Positions 42,501 through 50,505 of a DNA stretch of 64,000 bases are shown here, in pieces. Both the position numbers and the translations under genes were made by a program. Numbering within the stretch: the stretch's first letter is position 1; the number at the start of each line of letters is the position of its first letter. The DNA lies in the IMG/VR virus record IMGVR_UViG_3300008110_000030, positions 124,001 to 188,000 of that record. One strand, written 5' to 3'. The notes under the pieces are model-generated. The model was not told where the DNA came from and did no database searches. It was given only the letters and a program-made list of their open reading frames with translations.

Positions 42501-44833
42501 TTGTCCAAGTTTTCTAAATCACGTAAATTATTTCTATCAATGGCAGTGTTTAAATCTTTTGATGCATTTAAAATAATAGAGTTTAAATGATCATTGATTT
42601 CAGCATAGCTTAAAAATCCTGGGAATTCATTGGTTGGATTGTTTACTAAATTTATTGGGGTTTCATAATACCCATCTTCTTTTTTGTCGTACGTTGGTAG
42701 AGCTTTGACTACTATAACATCGTTTTTGACTAATACAGTTGCTAACGTGATAAAGAAAGAGTCAAATGCTGTATCAATTCTAACGTCAAATTCAGTAGCG
42801 GTTAGTTTTTTTCCGTTCTTAAAAACTCGTACATTCTCTTTGGGAGTTCTAATATCAATACTGTCAAACTCAAATGCATCTTCGCCGCCAATTGCAATAC
42901 GTTGATCGATAATTTCTTGGATTGATAGTTTATTACACTTTACCCAACCATTAACATAGTTGTTGTTTTCTTTTAAAAATCCGTTTTTAGTATTGCCTAC
43001 TACCACTTGTCCATCAACAAAATATTCAAACGCATCTTCTGATAAACAATTTTCAAATGTGTAACCGCCAACGTTTGACACAGTTTTGTAAACAAGAGGA
43101 AAGCCTAAAATACTGTCATTGTTACCAACACCAATTTGATAGCCAAATACTCTAGAACCAGAAAAGTTTGTATCTTTATAGATATCGCTATTGGAGAAAC
43201 TTGCACCATTTGAATCAAAGATATCAAACAATGGTGATTGATTAATATGTTCTTTTTGTTGTGACTTTATCCATTCACCATTTTTAAAAACCCAAGATGT
43301 TCTACCATTTTTAATACCGCTAATAACAAGTAGTCCATCATCTAAATTTGGTAGTGAGTCTTCTGCCTCTTCTAAGTGAAGTTTCTTAACTCCGTTGATG
43401 TCAATAAACTGTACTTGATAAATTTTATTCTTTACATCTAAGTCAGTGTCTGAAAGAAATACAATTCTATTGCCGTCTTCTAGTGCTTTTCCGTCAATAT
43501 AATAGCCTAAAGAGCCTTCAATATTGCTAAAAGCGTCAGTAACTGTGTCATCTAAAAAATTAACATACTTTGTTATTTTAGAAAAATTAAACAGTTGCAT
43601 ATTTGGACGAAACTCAATAATAGGACGTTGAGCTCTATCAAATGATGTAAATGTTGGATCAGTATTATTCAATAGGGAACTAGTGTTCACCACATCAATG
43701 TGGAACCATCTATTATATCTACTCCATGGGTTTTTATCTTCACTTGCTCGATTAATCAAGATATAATCAGGGTTAACAGGATATTCTGAAACCTCATCAA
43801 AAGGTAACTCATCAAATCCAGTATCATCAAAAGATGTTTCAACGATTGTTGAATAGCCTTCGATTGTAAGTAGACTATTGTAGTCAACCAGAGTGATACT
43901 GTTTCCTACTCCCTCAACAATATAAGTTTTATCTCGATATTTTTCAGGAAACACTGTGTCTGAAAAAACAATCTTCATTCCATTTGACAAGTGTATTCCG
44001 TCTTTAATTTCGTAGGTCTTTTTACCTATAATTTCATTTTCAACATCTAGCTCTGTATTCTCTTTTTGGTCTCTAATTAAAAATCTGCCAAAAAGAGTGT
44101 TGTCATTTCCGTTGACATAAAACAGTGTACTTGGTGTGCTTTCTACTACATTGAAAATAACTGAACCTGATGTTGCTCCGTTATTTTGTACTCCATCCCA
44201 AGAATCAACATCTCCACTGCTTCTTTTATTTTTAATATAGAAAGACTGATCAACTGTATCAACTTCAAAGATGTAAGTAAATCCTCTGTACAAAGTAATT
44301 GTAGGATTAACTGCAATTTCATTTGTGCTAAAATTCCAATTGTCATCAACAATTTTTACTTTAATTGTACTAGTAACTTCTTTTTCTTTTCCGCTAATTC
44401 TAACTGTCGCTGGACCGCTAGGTAACCAAACATAATTTCTAAAATTAACAAACTTGTCTAAATCAATAAAGGTATTCCAAGTATAACTCTGTTGTCTAAA
44501 CAACTTATCTTGGTTACGAATATCTGCACCAAAGTACTTTAAACTATTGATAATGTCTTCAAAAGTTTTGTTAAACTCTACTTGATCTGTTACTGAATTT
44601 TTTATTACAATACCTGGTTCTAACTCATAGCGGTTTCTTAAATCAGTACCCTCATTGATATAGGAGTCACTAGCTGGCTTATAGTTTCCAATAATTTTAT
44701 CACCAATAAATCCGTCAACCTTCTTTAATGTTGGTTTCTCAATTAATTGGTCTATCGTTCCAGTTAAGAATTTTTCGTTTGCATCTGTTCTAAAGATTAC
44801 TGGAAGTAAGTCTACTGATTTTCTTTTACTCAT
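30590..44833 (-). CDS. Giant (4747 aa) baseplate wedge/structural protein (gp7-like position)
   Basis: Uninterrupted 14.2-kb ORF following the gp6-like gene; FG-GAP-like and CBM-like repeats; IKEIKPY motif. Confidence 0.8.
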   Translation of the reverse strand: MSKRKSVDLLPVIFRTDANEKFLTGTIDQLIEKPTLKKVDGFIGDKIIGNYKPASDSYINEGTDLRNRYELEPGIVIKNSVTDQVEFNKTFEDIINSLKYFGADIRNQDKLFRQQSYTWNTFIDLDKFVNFRNYVWLPSGPATVRISGKEKEVTSTIKVKIVDDNWNFSTNEIAVNPTITLYRGFTYIFEVDTVDQSFYIKNKRSSGDVDSWDGVQNNGATSGSVIFNVVESTPSTLFYVNGNDNTLFGRFLIRDQKENTELDVENEIIGKKTYEIKDGIHLSNGMKIVFSDTVFPEKYRDKTYIVEGVGNSITLVDYNSLLTIEGYSTIVETSFDDTGFDELPFDEVSEYPVNPDYILINRASEDKNPWSRYNRWFHIDVVNTSSLLNNTDPTFTSFDRAQRPIIEFRPNMQLFNFSKITKYVNFLDDTVTDAFSNIEGSLGYYIDGKALEDGNRIVFLSDTDLDVKNKIYQVQFIDINGVKKLHLEEAEDSLPNLDDGLLVISGIKNGRTSWVFKNGEWIKSQQKEHINQSPLFDIFDSNGASFSNSDIYKDTNFSGSRVFGYQIGVGNNDSILGFPLVYKTVSNVGGYTFENCLSEDAFEYFVDGQVVVGNTKNGFLKENNNYVNGWVKCNKLSIQEIIDQRIAIGGEDAFEFDSIDIRTPKENVRVFKNGKKLTATEFDVRIDTAFDSFFITLATVLVKNDVIVVKALPTYDKKEDGYYETPINLVNNPTNEFPGFLSYAEINDHLNSIILNASKDLNTAIDRNNLRDLENLDKYGRRFVQHDGLVAMAGALIANKDYNLIHSIRWSALEYQRYKILVLQKFTELAEYANIPDALDKIILSIAKDKTPASMFYYSDMLPYGLNKRDYTYTVNDTNIKAYAYGSEIYDRFLFGKKAILVYVNGEQLTIDKDYSFDVNNPLVRFVNTLSVSDEILIRVFNNIHGAVMPMSPTKLGLYPSFEPAIYLDDTYIEPTSVIQGHDGSVTVCFGDDRDQLLLELEKRIYNNLKVEYDPRILDVNEILPSIFRKTGYTSEQFDQSIEDEFLKWVGIYSIDYTANENEIYLNNFGFKYVNSNGIIDRNAFITGSWRKIYKQHYDTDRPHTCPWEMLGFYKKPTWWETEYGPAPYTSGNDVMWKDLEYGYIRNGVRKGYDEKYARPGLSNIIPVDSYGSLKDPLQVNAVKDFDYSARYTNWSFGDMGPAETAWRRSDIYPFAVQIAMALIMPAKYATLGFDTSRNVFNIANQIVYKDSLERLSPSALKVFSNTIDNNFVYATGYHPYIVENLRQRFSNPAFRLQNYLNRIQSNLIYKVGGFTSKDKFRVALETVTSYKTVDKVYVPEENYQLVLSTGSPTKTLTMSGIIVERTEAGYMVRGYDSNSPYFTIKKAIHATNDPVISVGGTTEPFIYWSANATVNAGLVVANGQQYYRAISTHLTKQAFDPGLYYPLPYLPAIGGVEAFVPNSFEDVDTIVPYGTKYNSIQDVFDFILGYGEQVKSLGFKFENLLPELDVIADWKLAGKEFLFWSLQNWSTSSVISLSPFAEKIYFTSEDSVVDDLYDSFYDYTLLKADGTTIDRTKVRISRQEGSFVIDTAGTADGVYFVKISLVQKEHVVVFDNKTIFNDLIYEPTSGYRQKRFKIKGFMTDGWKGDFYIPGFVYDSAKINDWEPNIDYEIGNVVRYQTKYYQAKARTLARELFNYEDWTLLGKQPVAQLLPNFEYKISQFEEFYSLDSVNFDNSQQKYAQKLIGYVPRTYLNSLIPDESSQYKFYQGFIREKGTTLPLEKFAVANNTATGAHISLQEEWAIRLGTFGGENSYEEIEFTLDQNKINQDPQIFEFEYNNLKSSLDKAYKVSLSDMQIRPADYNGQPWPTLDVSPVNGNGYSQYQKIPTAGYVRLDDVVFTGLYENNILTLSSSASLREGDTVWLAIDNSGNWGVKRYTLSPVTIINYTVDNANNLISFNTDVAHKLKLRDFVSISRLDDPLNGVYEVLGIPDGTTFVVKTAFNDIPTAGEILNGSMYYFASSRFANLDDLASIPGLARWQNCEFVWVDNVGDGTWAVLEKEANTKALPIRPRINQSGQKFGNTTIIAPVSKNIIVSATELERGRVYVYERNALGSEDVILHQSYLLEENFSDILTIQDVKNGVAIPEIQRLHGASLDCWENTSLTIRYIVSGAPNSSNAKWKVLGQALDPIKKVLDFNKSSSELFDEGAIKIVKFNNDLDEYRTEVVLASPIAQEGANFGHKVKFVGSDKPTLLVSSPGQDGGIGAIFVYYLDSSNVWQVYTVGGNPYNLRSAVTDVNSKSNFGSDIVSNKNGTVLAVSAPGHLKDRTQVHSGAVFIFRKDPGSYSYQLTQTIYADDYLESNDLLLKGVIKSYNTIAQIISFQASDNSIVRNNGSFIADGFRIGQSVIIAGSTNAGNSGEFVISELSVLRMAFKPLRSLTDETATTTITITGQGTIRNDRFGDKLAMSADGTALLISSDHSSTEKLDAGLVYVLKLQTNASYALDQKITSPATETGELFGSNLALSDDGKTLLVTAIGGGQATPVAFDTYTERYTDSAQRYGSEYVLNPTSAAAPLRTTFDTGSTRFVSKAQSSGAVYLYQKLGNKYVFGESLISGDSASFDGYGTGIATDGEFMLVGAPKYDLKVIGTLEDSNQLTTYTDSGTVVIFDKKRDIDQACGCGSSWSWSKVRVQEAIIDVDKIKKVISYNNSTLEIIDHYEIYDPIKGKLPSKVLNEIKYIQPFDPAVYTVALETSAKVRVDNKTTWLDDHVGEVWLDTSTLRFVWYEQGNNEFRANNWGKLFPGSTVDVYEWVKSDFRPSEWAQLADTTDGLALGVSGQPLNPDNTVLSINQYYDPVVNDFVNVYYFWVRNKITLPDLAFRNLSSFDCARIIEDPKGQGIKFASFLATNSLSLTNAKKSLNGDKINIDVYYQTSEKEINRHSHWQLVNENVTYLNLDPSIENKLIDSLVGQDVAGNPVPDPTLSPKLRYGTSYRPRQSWFKDRDLALKIMIEYVNEVLRKHDIVGKSNITSLEEVEDYPSISLGHYDEVIELSDEISLIGTNGKAQTKLSAEVINGRIVSVNIDDPGNGYKVAPTVRIYGDGQGATIQTAIDLNGRVVSVRIVNQGYGYTQIPKLIARPYAVLTILDTEIDKWAIYQYKNKAFVRESTQTVNVPKYWSYIDWVDPSYAVDVPATYAINFISDLESFIFETGSTVEIRTPGDGRKIILRKTAPGIGNYLDDYDLVFRENGTVQFNNKLYDKAAAGLGFDNVTRYDQGGFDETNTTELRIILNAIKDNIFTGDLASYWKKFVFVAVRHVLSEQLFVDWVYKTSFITPLVDAGTLDQDDVYRFNDFSYVEDFIKEIKPYKSKFRESTVSYNTTEKMGVGVTDFDLPAYVDSVTGKIKLPTSSMINNVYPYKHWGENYGFTVSDIRVGLAGENYITPPIVTIVPVSGDTGTGATAIAKISNGKLSSIIVTNPGSGYLTTPRVILTGGSNYLTNFVNGSAYAVLSNSKVRTNQIQMKFDRTSDKGLYTGEILNRNLDTDGITLNYVLAYPSTSTDTNYPALQDESTIKLFLNDAEISADNYRITFRNDLSTVITFNLALPARQNLRIQYIKNTLYTVDTFTQSSGESYTDTFKLTFPPELDTDKIIVRELNSSTNTGSEIITSDYLIQLRQVVETGFTKYVGYINFKNIPTPGSTITVQYAKNINIQNAVDRIITSYYPTANMPGKDVTQLIKGVEFGGVEIQGLNFSVSSGWDGLPWFTQGWDTFVNSYKDLLVISNGTTSTYELGYTPLLGTKINVYFDGVRVDDENYGTVNQTNNDALFNTITTNGSTSTLTLPQVPVTGTKIEIRQELSDGVNLPTDDIVLDTNITGGDFSTISDAGEIRFRTATGLSATDISLDGGEFLSVEHSPSTEELVKGEIFDTLSMTVFNSPGAGSNLISTKQFIMDGSTMQFVIQDTIGSGQEIFVLIGNFVAKENTDYTLTANSNGTTTVEIITTEYGVDQLSTTNTLALTVQKTTIGGNSILSRFSYTVTSANAGASSFEILSEVNYQDIGSYYISISNTSSLTKVAGRSKRAKIIITNTPTLTAGTVINILLFGSTVKTYSEIYNQEIVIDNNTTYTLTKPPGNIAPLHVMAAVTRLTSSTEDWKGPWEENVYYVINDTVLYNNVSYICKIGHTSTQTNSNLEFSAWASTTSYDVNDIVSFSGQYYICKVTHTSNTTTLTPDNIVYWGAHITNRPDEDTARIYWGLAPTQRMMPPETEYYEVTQNSQTFRLGENIPYLTRTLSISDIEVYKNGKIIVVGRDYEFDTIDNTVTMSSGVAQVGDVIAVCILRDSDYVIFGNQITFRSPSKIQAGQRVSVVTYTNHDENLIRREVFKTNPNRNEYKLSRPVYNINNVWVDVNGRPLIPNYDYQVVDRDYIQISNRFNLGNNDRVVVTSISDIVSSEAVSYRMFKDMTNAVQFKRLSKNSTVTLTKALLSTDREIEVSDTSIFGVVNVNNPKPSSIFVAGERIEFRSIVGNKLTNLTRGTLGTGVADSYPIGTKVFNVGNNETIPYREGYTIKTYKTPENYKFNQTTNRYQQYVNGNWVNVTTVASYTLTDFSFNEAIGLEDQVTVYMAGKILTKPVRGTNQLIRHDFSITHNSNEVNSQNQTGDLIVAPDFTITKVGNNYVLTVNPSVLNLADDSTVISNVDIKVVQKIGKIWYTLGGTTTIQQESTPQARFLQEFTAELPDKYYYGKLS

Positions 44834-44836
44834 TTT

Positions 44837-47800
44837 TTATCCATTACTAGAAACGACAATTGGGCCATTAGTTTTAATAAGTCCTGATGTTACTGTATTA
44901 ATTATTTCTAATTCACCTACGTCAGCTGTACTTAAGAATATTTCATCAGCTTGACAAAATACTTGAAATAAACTACCAAAATATTTTTCTGGGGCACTTG
45001 GTACGATTAAAAAGTTAACCACATCTGGGCTTAATTGTTTAATAACGTATGCGCTCAATTCACCAAAGTTAAATGTATCTCCAAAATCCCAGTTGTCTAA
45101 ACTGAAGTATTCATTGATTGCAACAATAACTCTAGACTTTATATCGTTGTCATTAGTTACAGATCTTGGATTTTTAACGATGAAAAATTTTGCTTGCAAA
45201 TCTACGTTAGCGCCAGTACCAAACAATAACTTGTATTTGGCTGGATGATAAACTACCTCGTCACTGATTGACTTAACTGAGTTTATACCTGAACTAAACT
45301 GTTCAAATAATTCGTTTGAACTAGGAGCTTTTGGTGGCTCGCCATCTTGAGTTAGCAACCAAGAACGTAATAGATCATCATAATTTTTTGTTAGCAAATA
45401 TACATCAATAATGTTGGTCTTACAAGGATCAATTCTAAAATCTTGACTTGCAGTGTGTACATATTGGAATGTTAATCCTGATCGTCCTGGATAAGCAACT
45501 ATACTATTATCTAATACTAAGCTGTAAGAGCTATCTAAAACTTTAACAACATTTTCTGTAATAGAATAGAAATAAAACACTTGTCCTGGTTGATAATTGT
45601 TTAAATTAGCAACATCTAATTCACTATTAAATGTTGCAACTAACGAACTATCAAGAATTTTTTTGTAAATTTGATCATTAAGTTGTACACTTTGGATAAA
45701 CACAAAAGAGCGTTTAGTTCCAATAATTGGGTCAATTAGATCAGGTTTAACAACATTATCAAAGGAATCTGGATCATCAACAATTCCGTCTCCAGTTTCA
45801 TCTGAAAAGGAAATATTGATTCGATTGTTATCTAAATATCCATCAGCATTTGAAATCATATTAGTAATTTCAAATTTAAAATCTGAACCCAATGCTAAGC
45901 CTGTTTCAAGATCTTCATTGATTGACATCACTGAAATATAATCAGTTGCATTGCCGCCCAACTTACTGGTATATTTTTTATCCTGTTCATTGAAATAAAA
46001 ACTTATTTCTTTTTCACTTTGAAATATGTATTCTAATCCTCGGTAATATACAATTACGTTATCACCATCATTTTTAAAAGCAATTAACCAACTAGCATCT
46101 AAACCTAAATTACTAATGTCGCCTGAGTAAGTTGGGCTAAAAGTGCTAGAGTAATCAAGATTATTAGAATTAATAATTTTCCACTCACCAAGAGTTCTAT
46201 CATATCTTAATCCAAAATCTCTTCTTAAAGAAATTTGATTAACTATTTCAGTTTCAAAAGCAAACGGAATATCTGTAACAAATACAGGAATGACTTCTAC
46301 GGGAATAGCACCACTTGGTACTGGCGTAGTAATTCCAATAAGTCCTACTCCAAGATCATCAGTGCCTGTGCCTAAATTGCTACCGTCACCAGATGTATAA
46401 GATACTTCAGTCCAAATATAATCTTTAGTATTCTTAGTCTTAATTGATGTTATAGTATTATTAGGGGCAAAATATTTTCCTGTTGGAGGGGCAAATTTTA
46501 CAAGTGCTTCTGATTTAATATAACGCAATGTTGATTGTGTGTATTGTCCAATACCAACTGCTTGTAATGTTGCATTGCTTTTAAAATAACCTGTTGCAAG
46601 GTTAGGCAACACTGACACGTTCTGCCAGCTGGCTCCAATCTCACCTATTTGTAATCTATCAAATTGTTGATAATAGAAATCTCTTGTTGACTCTTTTGCA
46701 AGCAACGGTTCAATAACAGTTTTCATAATACCAAACACTTCGTTTTTAGTATTAAATTTAAAGTTGAAGCTTGTTGTATAATCATTCCTATACAGTGCGC
46801 CATCTGTACCAAACAAATTAATTGAGCTAGAACGACCTGTTGGATCAGTTAATTCAAAATATCTACTGATGCCAGAAGATGTTCTGTTAACTGCTTTGAC
46901 TTTAACAACTTGTTGGTTGTTTGTTAAAGGAACAATATTATAATCTTCCCCAGTAATCATTCTATTTTGTGTATAGTATACTTGTGGAGCCTTTTGTTTA
47001 ATACTGTCATTAGTTTCTGATGCGGCGCTATTTGATACACTGCCCTTCAGTCCTAAATTCATAGTCAATGTTTGTGCTTGACCATCTCTGTTTATAAAAG
47101 GGAATCTAATTTGTACATTGTCTAAATCTTGTGGACTAATCACATAACTTAAACCATTACTTGTTCTATAATAGAGTCTAAAATTTCCGTTAGGAAGTTT
47201 ACCAAAAACGCCATCGCTGAAGTTTAGATCAATTTGATCGTTTTCTCTTGTATTAACACTATAAAAACTTTTAACTTTATTTTTTACACTGTTGTAAATT
47301 GCATTAGTGCCTGTAACGCTATCTAATTTTGTCCACAAATTTGACAAAGTATTATTGGCATCAATTTCATATAGCCAAACATCTGTATCGTTAATATTTT
47401 GAATATCAACGCCCACTATTTCATTAGCTACTGGGTTTGTTAAAGAGAAGTCAGAATTTTGTAGTGTACCTTCTTTAAACATAACAAACCAACCACTGTT
47501 GGCACTAGAGCTTCCTTTGTTATCATTTCTGTACATTACACCAAACGTCCCGCCTAATGTTGGGGGCTCTTCTCCAATGTCAGTTCTATTAATAATGCTA
47601 GAACTTACAAGTTCAAATGACATTGGAATTCCTCCAATTGTTTTACTAAATGTAAACAATGGCACATCTGTTGTATTTGTTCTTAAATTATATTGTTCTG
47701 TAGGGATACTATTAATTGATCTGCTAGCATTTGGCTTTCCAAAAACAGCAGTATCCATTGCAGAGTTCATCACTAATGTAAACTGTGAATACCAATCTCT

Positions 47801-48247
47801 GTTTGTTGTGTCGTTCCAAGAAATAACTCTATTTGCAAGGTTTGTTCCGTTAGAATCAACAAGATTATCTGTTGTACTTACAGAGTTGACTTTTAATAAT
47901 CCCTTAGCAGATTGCGTTCTTTTAGGATTATAACTAATCAACTTTGCCAGTTTTAAAATACTGTCTCGTCTTTGTGCAGTGTCTAAAAAGTTTTCACGTG
48001 CATTTAAGTCAATGCGGAAGCTCAAACTTTGCGCTAGAAACGCAATCATGTCTATTAGAGCAACATATTCACTGCTGTCAATGTAGTCGTTAAAACTTTC
48101 AGGGAAGTTTTGACGAAGGTACTCAATCATACTACGACGAATCGTCTCAAAATCGTAGGATTTAAAGTCGGCATTTTGGAACGTTTGATAAATCTTCGTC
48201 CAATCCTCGCCAACTAATAAATTATTTTGTCTTTCTGTGCTAGCCAT
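44837..48247 (-). CDS. gp6: Baseplate wedge subunit (gp6-like)
   Basis: DFETIR, ENFLDTAQRRDSILKLAKLISYNP, FSDGVFGKLP, QNRMITGEDY. Confidence 0.85.
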   Translation of the reverse strand: MASTERQNNLLVGEDWTKIYQTFQNADFKSYDFETIRRSMIEYLRQNFPESFNDYIDSSEYVALIDMIAFLAQSLSFRIDLNARENFLDTAQRRDSILKLAKLISYNPKRTQSAKGLLKVNSVSTTDNLVDSNGTNLANRVISWNDTTNRDWYSQFTLVMNSAMDTAVFGKPNASRSINSIPTEQYNLRTNTTDVPLFTFSKTIGGIPMSFELVSSSIINRTDIGEEPPTLGGTFGVMYRNDNKGSSSANSGWFVMFKEGTLQNSDFSLTNPVANEIVGVDIQNINDTDVWLYEIDANNTLSNLWTKLDSVTGTNAIYNSVKNKVKSFYSVNTRENDQIDLNFSDGVFGKLPNGNFRLYYRTSNGLSYVISPQDLDNVQIRFPFINRDGQAQTLTMNLGLKGSVSNSAASETNDSIKQKAPQVYYTQNRMITGEDYNIVPLTNNQQVVKVKAVNRTSSGISRYFELTDPTGRSSSINLFGTDGALYRNDYTTSFNFKFNTKNEVFGIMKTVIEPLLAKESTRDFYYQQFDRLQIGEIGASWQNVSVLPNLATGYFKSNATLQAVGIGQYTQSTLRYIKSEALVKFAPPTGKYFAPNNTITSIKTKNTKDYIWTEVSYTSGDGSNLGTGTDDLGVGLIGITTPVPSGAIPVEVIPVFVTDIPFAFETEIVNQISLRRDFGLRYDRTLGEWKIINSNNLDYSSTFSPTYSGDISNLGLDASWLIAFKNDGDNVIVYYRGLEYIFQSEKEISFYFNEQDKKYTSKLGGNATDYISVMSINEDLETGLALGSDFKFEITNMISNADGYLDNNRINISFSDETGDGIVDDPDSFDNVVKPDLIDPIIGTKRSFVFIQSVQLNDQIYKKILDSSLVATFNSELDVANLNNYQPGQVFYFYSITENVVKVLDSSYSLVLDNSIVAYPGRSGLTFQYVHTASQDFRIDPCKTNIIDVYLLTKNYDDLLRSWLLTQDGEPPKAPSSNELFEQFSSGINSVKSISDEVVYHPAKYKLLFGTGANVDLQAKFFIVKNPRSVTNDNDIKSRVIVAINEYFSLDNWDFGDTFNFGELSAYVIKQLSPDVVNFLIVPSAPEKYFGSLFQVFCQADEIFLSTADVGELEIINTVTSGLIKTNGPIVVSSNG

Positions 48248-48270
48248 TCTTCGTCAATCTCCGATATTCA

Positions 48271-48277
48271 TATTTAT
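48271..48277 (-). promoter_or_regulatory. Late promoter ATAAATA
   Basis: CGATAAATA, 23 nt upstream of the gp6-like ATG, before a GGAG RBS. Confidence 0.6.
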
Positions 48278-48301
48278 CGTAATTAAAATATGCTTACTTA
48301 A

Positions 48302-48736
48302 TTACTCAGTGATCAAACCTAATTCTTTGTCAAAGGTCAGTTTAAGAACAGATGACAAATTATTTGTTTGATATCTCAATGTTATTTCTAATAATATTCC
48401 ACTTTGAAACTCATCAACCTTGATATCTTCAGCAATGACTCTCGGATCGCTTTGAATAATCTGTTTGATATCATCTGATATTGAATTTCTAAGGTCTTCA
48501 GTTAATGGTTCAAAAATGGCGTCCCATATGATAGTACCGTAGTTTGGGTTCATCACTCGTTCACCTTTTCTTGTATTAAAATGATTTATGATGTCCTGTC
48601 TAATACATTCAATGTCGTAAGTTTTAAAATTTTGTGAAGCTTTTGCACTGCTGAATCCTTTATAAATGTGTGCAGTACGCACCCCATAATTCATAGTTGT
48701 AGCAGTTGGTTTTATTACTAATTTTTTAATAGCCAT
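48302..48736 (-). CDS. gp25: Baseplate wedge protein gp25-like
   Basis: TRKGERVMNPNYGTIIWDAIFEP...DPRV. Confidence 0.9.
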   Translation of the reverse strand: MAIKKLVIKPTATTMNYGVRTAHIYKGFSSAKASQNFKTYDIECIRQDIINHFNTRKGERVMNPNYGTIIWDAIFEPLTEDLRNSISDDIKQIIQSDPRVIAEDIKVDEFQSGILLEITLRYQTNNLSSVLKLTFDKELGLITE

Positions 48737-50505
48737 TATATTGGTCCATCCCTTCCTGTTTTTTCAGGCTTATAAGCCGTTGGGTTAATATTTTCATGAT
48801 CGTCCCATGGTTCATGTGTTGGAACACGACGCATTATACTACTAATCTTAGTGCCAGCATAAAAATTATTATTTTCCCAACCCTTTTGCATGTCACTGGT
48901 TGCGTTCTTATCAGCAGTTCTTCCTGAAAGAGAAAATCTATCCAGCGTGACCACACTGGTTGCCGCCTCTGGCAGTATTGATAGCGCATCTAAAGCAAAT
49001 GCTAAATCAGTTGCGGCAGAAGGAGATATTGGGGCAGGCGTTGGACCGTTCATATCTATCAACGTAGCTCTTTCAATGTGACTGCCAATTGCGGTGAACA
49101 CGTTTGCTCCGCCAGCGTTAATAAAGTTACCACCAACAGTGTCCACGTTAAAAGATCCTGCTGTCTTAAATGTTGTACTTGCACCAGAAATAAAATTAGT
49201 TGCTACTCCTGATTTTACATCAAACTCGGTGAGTGTCTGCATCTTAAGTTCAGTCGTTGCATACATGTTGATATTACCAAGTACTGAATATAAATCAATG
49301 CCTGATAATGGTCCAGCTTGTGTTGGATTAGTACTTGCGCCAGTTGAAGTTAAACGAACACGTCCTAGCGCACTAGCATTGAAGTGATTAGCCGCTGTCC
49401 AGTTACAATCTAATCCAGCAAACCCTTCAATCAATCCTGATGCTTCAAAATGCATAGAGCCTTGTGCCGCAACTATGTTAACATTACTGCCTGCCTCAAA
49501 GTTGATATCTCTGTCAGCTCTAAAATTAAAATCATTTTCACTGTGTATGCTTATACTATCGGCAGCATAGATATCAATTTTTCCATCACTAGTAAATTCT
49601 AACCAAGCAGTTCCTCTACTATTACAAATGTAAATTAAATCACTAGAATTGTGTAAAAGTATTTGATGTCCAGTACGGGTTCTAAGTCTAACTAACTCGT
49701 CAATAATACCTTCTTTTTTAGTTTTTTCATCTTTACCAATGTATCCGTCATCCATTACAAACTGTGTTCCGCCTTCACGTTCAACGTAGGCGGGTATTGG
49801 ATCTTTTTCAGTTCCAAATCGATACTGTTTACCACCCACTACAACAGGTCCTGGTGTTGAAATTCCGTATACATTGCTGATTGTACTGCGTCTTGCACTG
49901 CTAGTTGTTGTTCCTCTTATAGGATCTTTTAATAAACCTTGTGTAGCAAGTCGAAGTGTAAAAGGATGCATAGCCTTTTTTACAATATCAGGCTTAGAAT
50001 TGTCTCTACCTTGAACACGTTTGTTAACTTCAACTACAGGAACGATTGCGGTGTCACTAGTAAAACCTAACTTAGTTTTTTCTTGTGGCGTTAATTCTGC
50101 GTACTGACTTGCGGCAATGCCTGGAACCATTTGATTAACGCCTGGCTCAGGAACACATGCTAGCCAAAAACATTGTTCCCTGTCACCTTCAATAAAAATA
50201 ATAATGACCTTTGTACCAATGTCTGGCGGCACAAACCACATGCCATAACTTTGTTGTGAGCTTGAAGCGTTACGTAGATTTCCATCTGTTGCTTCATACG
50301 CAGTATAGCCAAAAAAGTGTGGGGCATATCTAGGATACACCCTAACAGAGTCTGCTATTTCTTGGCCGGCTCCACCTTTTCGCAAAATCACACACTCTAA
50401 TGTTCCCATTCGAGTACTATCATTGTGACCTACTACACGAGCAATATATGGTCCATTACTTAAACCAGATATTGAAGGTTGTTGCGTACTATTTTTTAGT
50501 TCCAT
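48736..50505 (-). CDS. gp5: Baseplate hub/spike gp5/VgrG-like (OB fold + beta helix, no lysozyme seen)
   Basis: YGMWFVPPDIGTKV, RTRTGHQILL, beta-helix-like repeats. Confidence 0.8.
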   Translation of the reverse strand: MELKNSTQQPSISGLSNGPYIARVVGHNDSTRMGTLECVILRKGGAGQEIADSVRVYPRYAPHFFGYTAYEATDGNLRNASSSQQSYGMWFVPPDIGTKVIIIFIEGDREQCFWLACVPEPGVNQMVPGIAASQYAELTPQEKTKLGFTSDTAIVPVVEVNKRVQGRDNSKPDIVKKAMHPFTLRLATQGLLKDPIRGTTTSSARRSTISNVYGISTPGPVVVGGKQYRFGTEKDPIPAYVEREGGTQFVMDDGYIGKDEKTKKEGIIDELVRLRTRTGHQILLHNSSDLIYICNSRGTAWLEFTSDGKIDIYAADSISIHSENDFNFRADRDINFEAGSNVNIVAAQGSMHFEASGLIEGFAGLDCNWTAANHFNASALGRVRLTSTGASTNPTQAGPLSGIDLYSVLGNINMYATTELKMQTLTEFDVKSGVATNFISGASTTFKTAGSFNVDTVGGNFINAGGANVFTAIGSHIERATLIDMNGPTPAPISPSAATDLAFALDALSILPEAATSVVTLDRFSLSGRTADKNATSDMQKGWENNNFYAGTKISSIMRRVPTHEPWDDHENINPTAYKPEKTGRDGPI

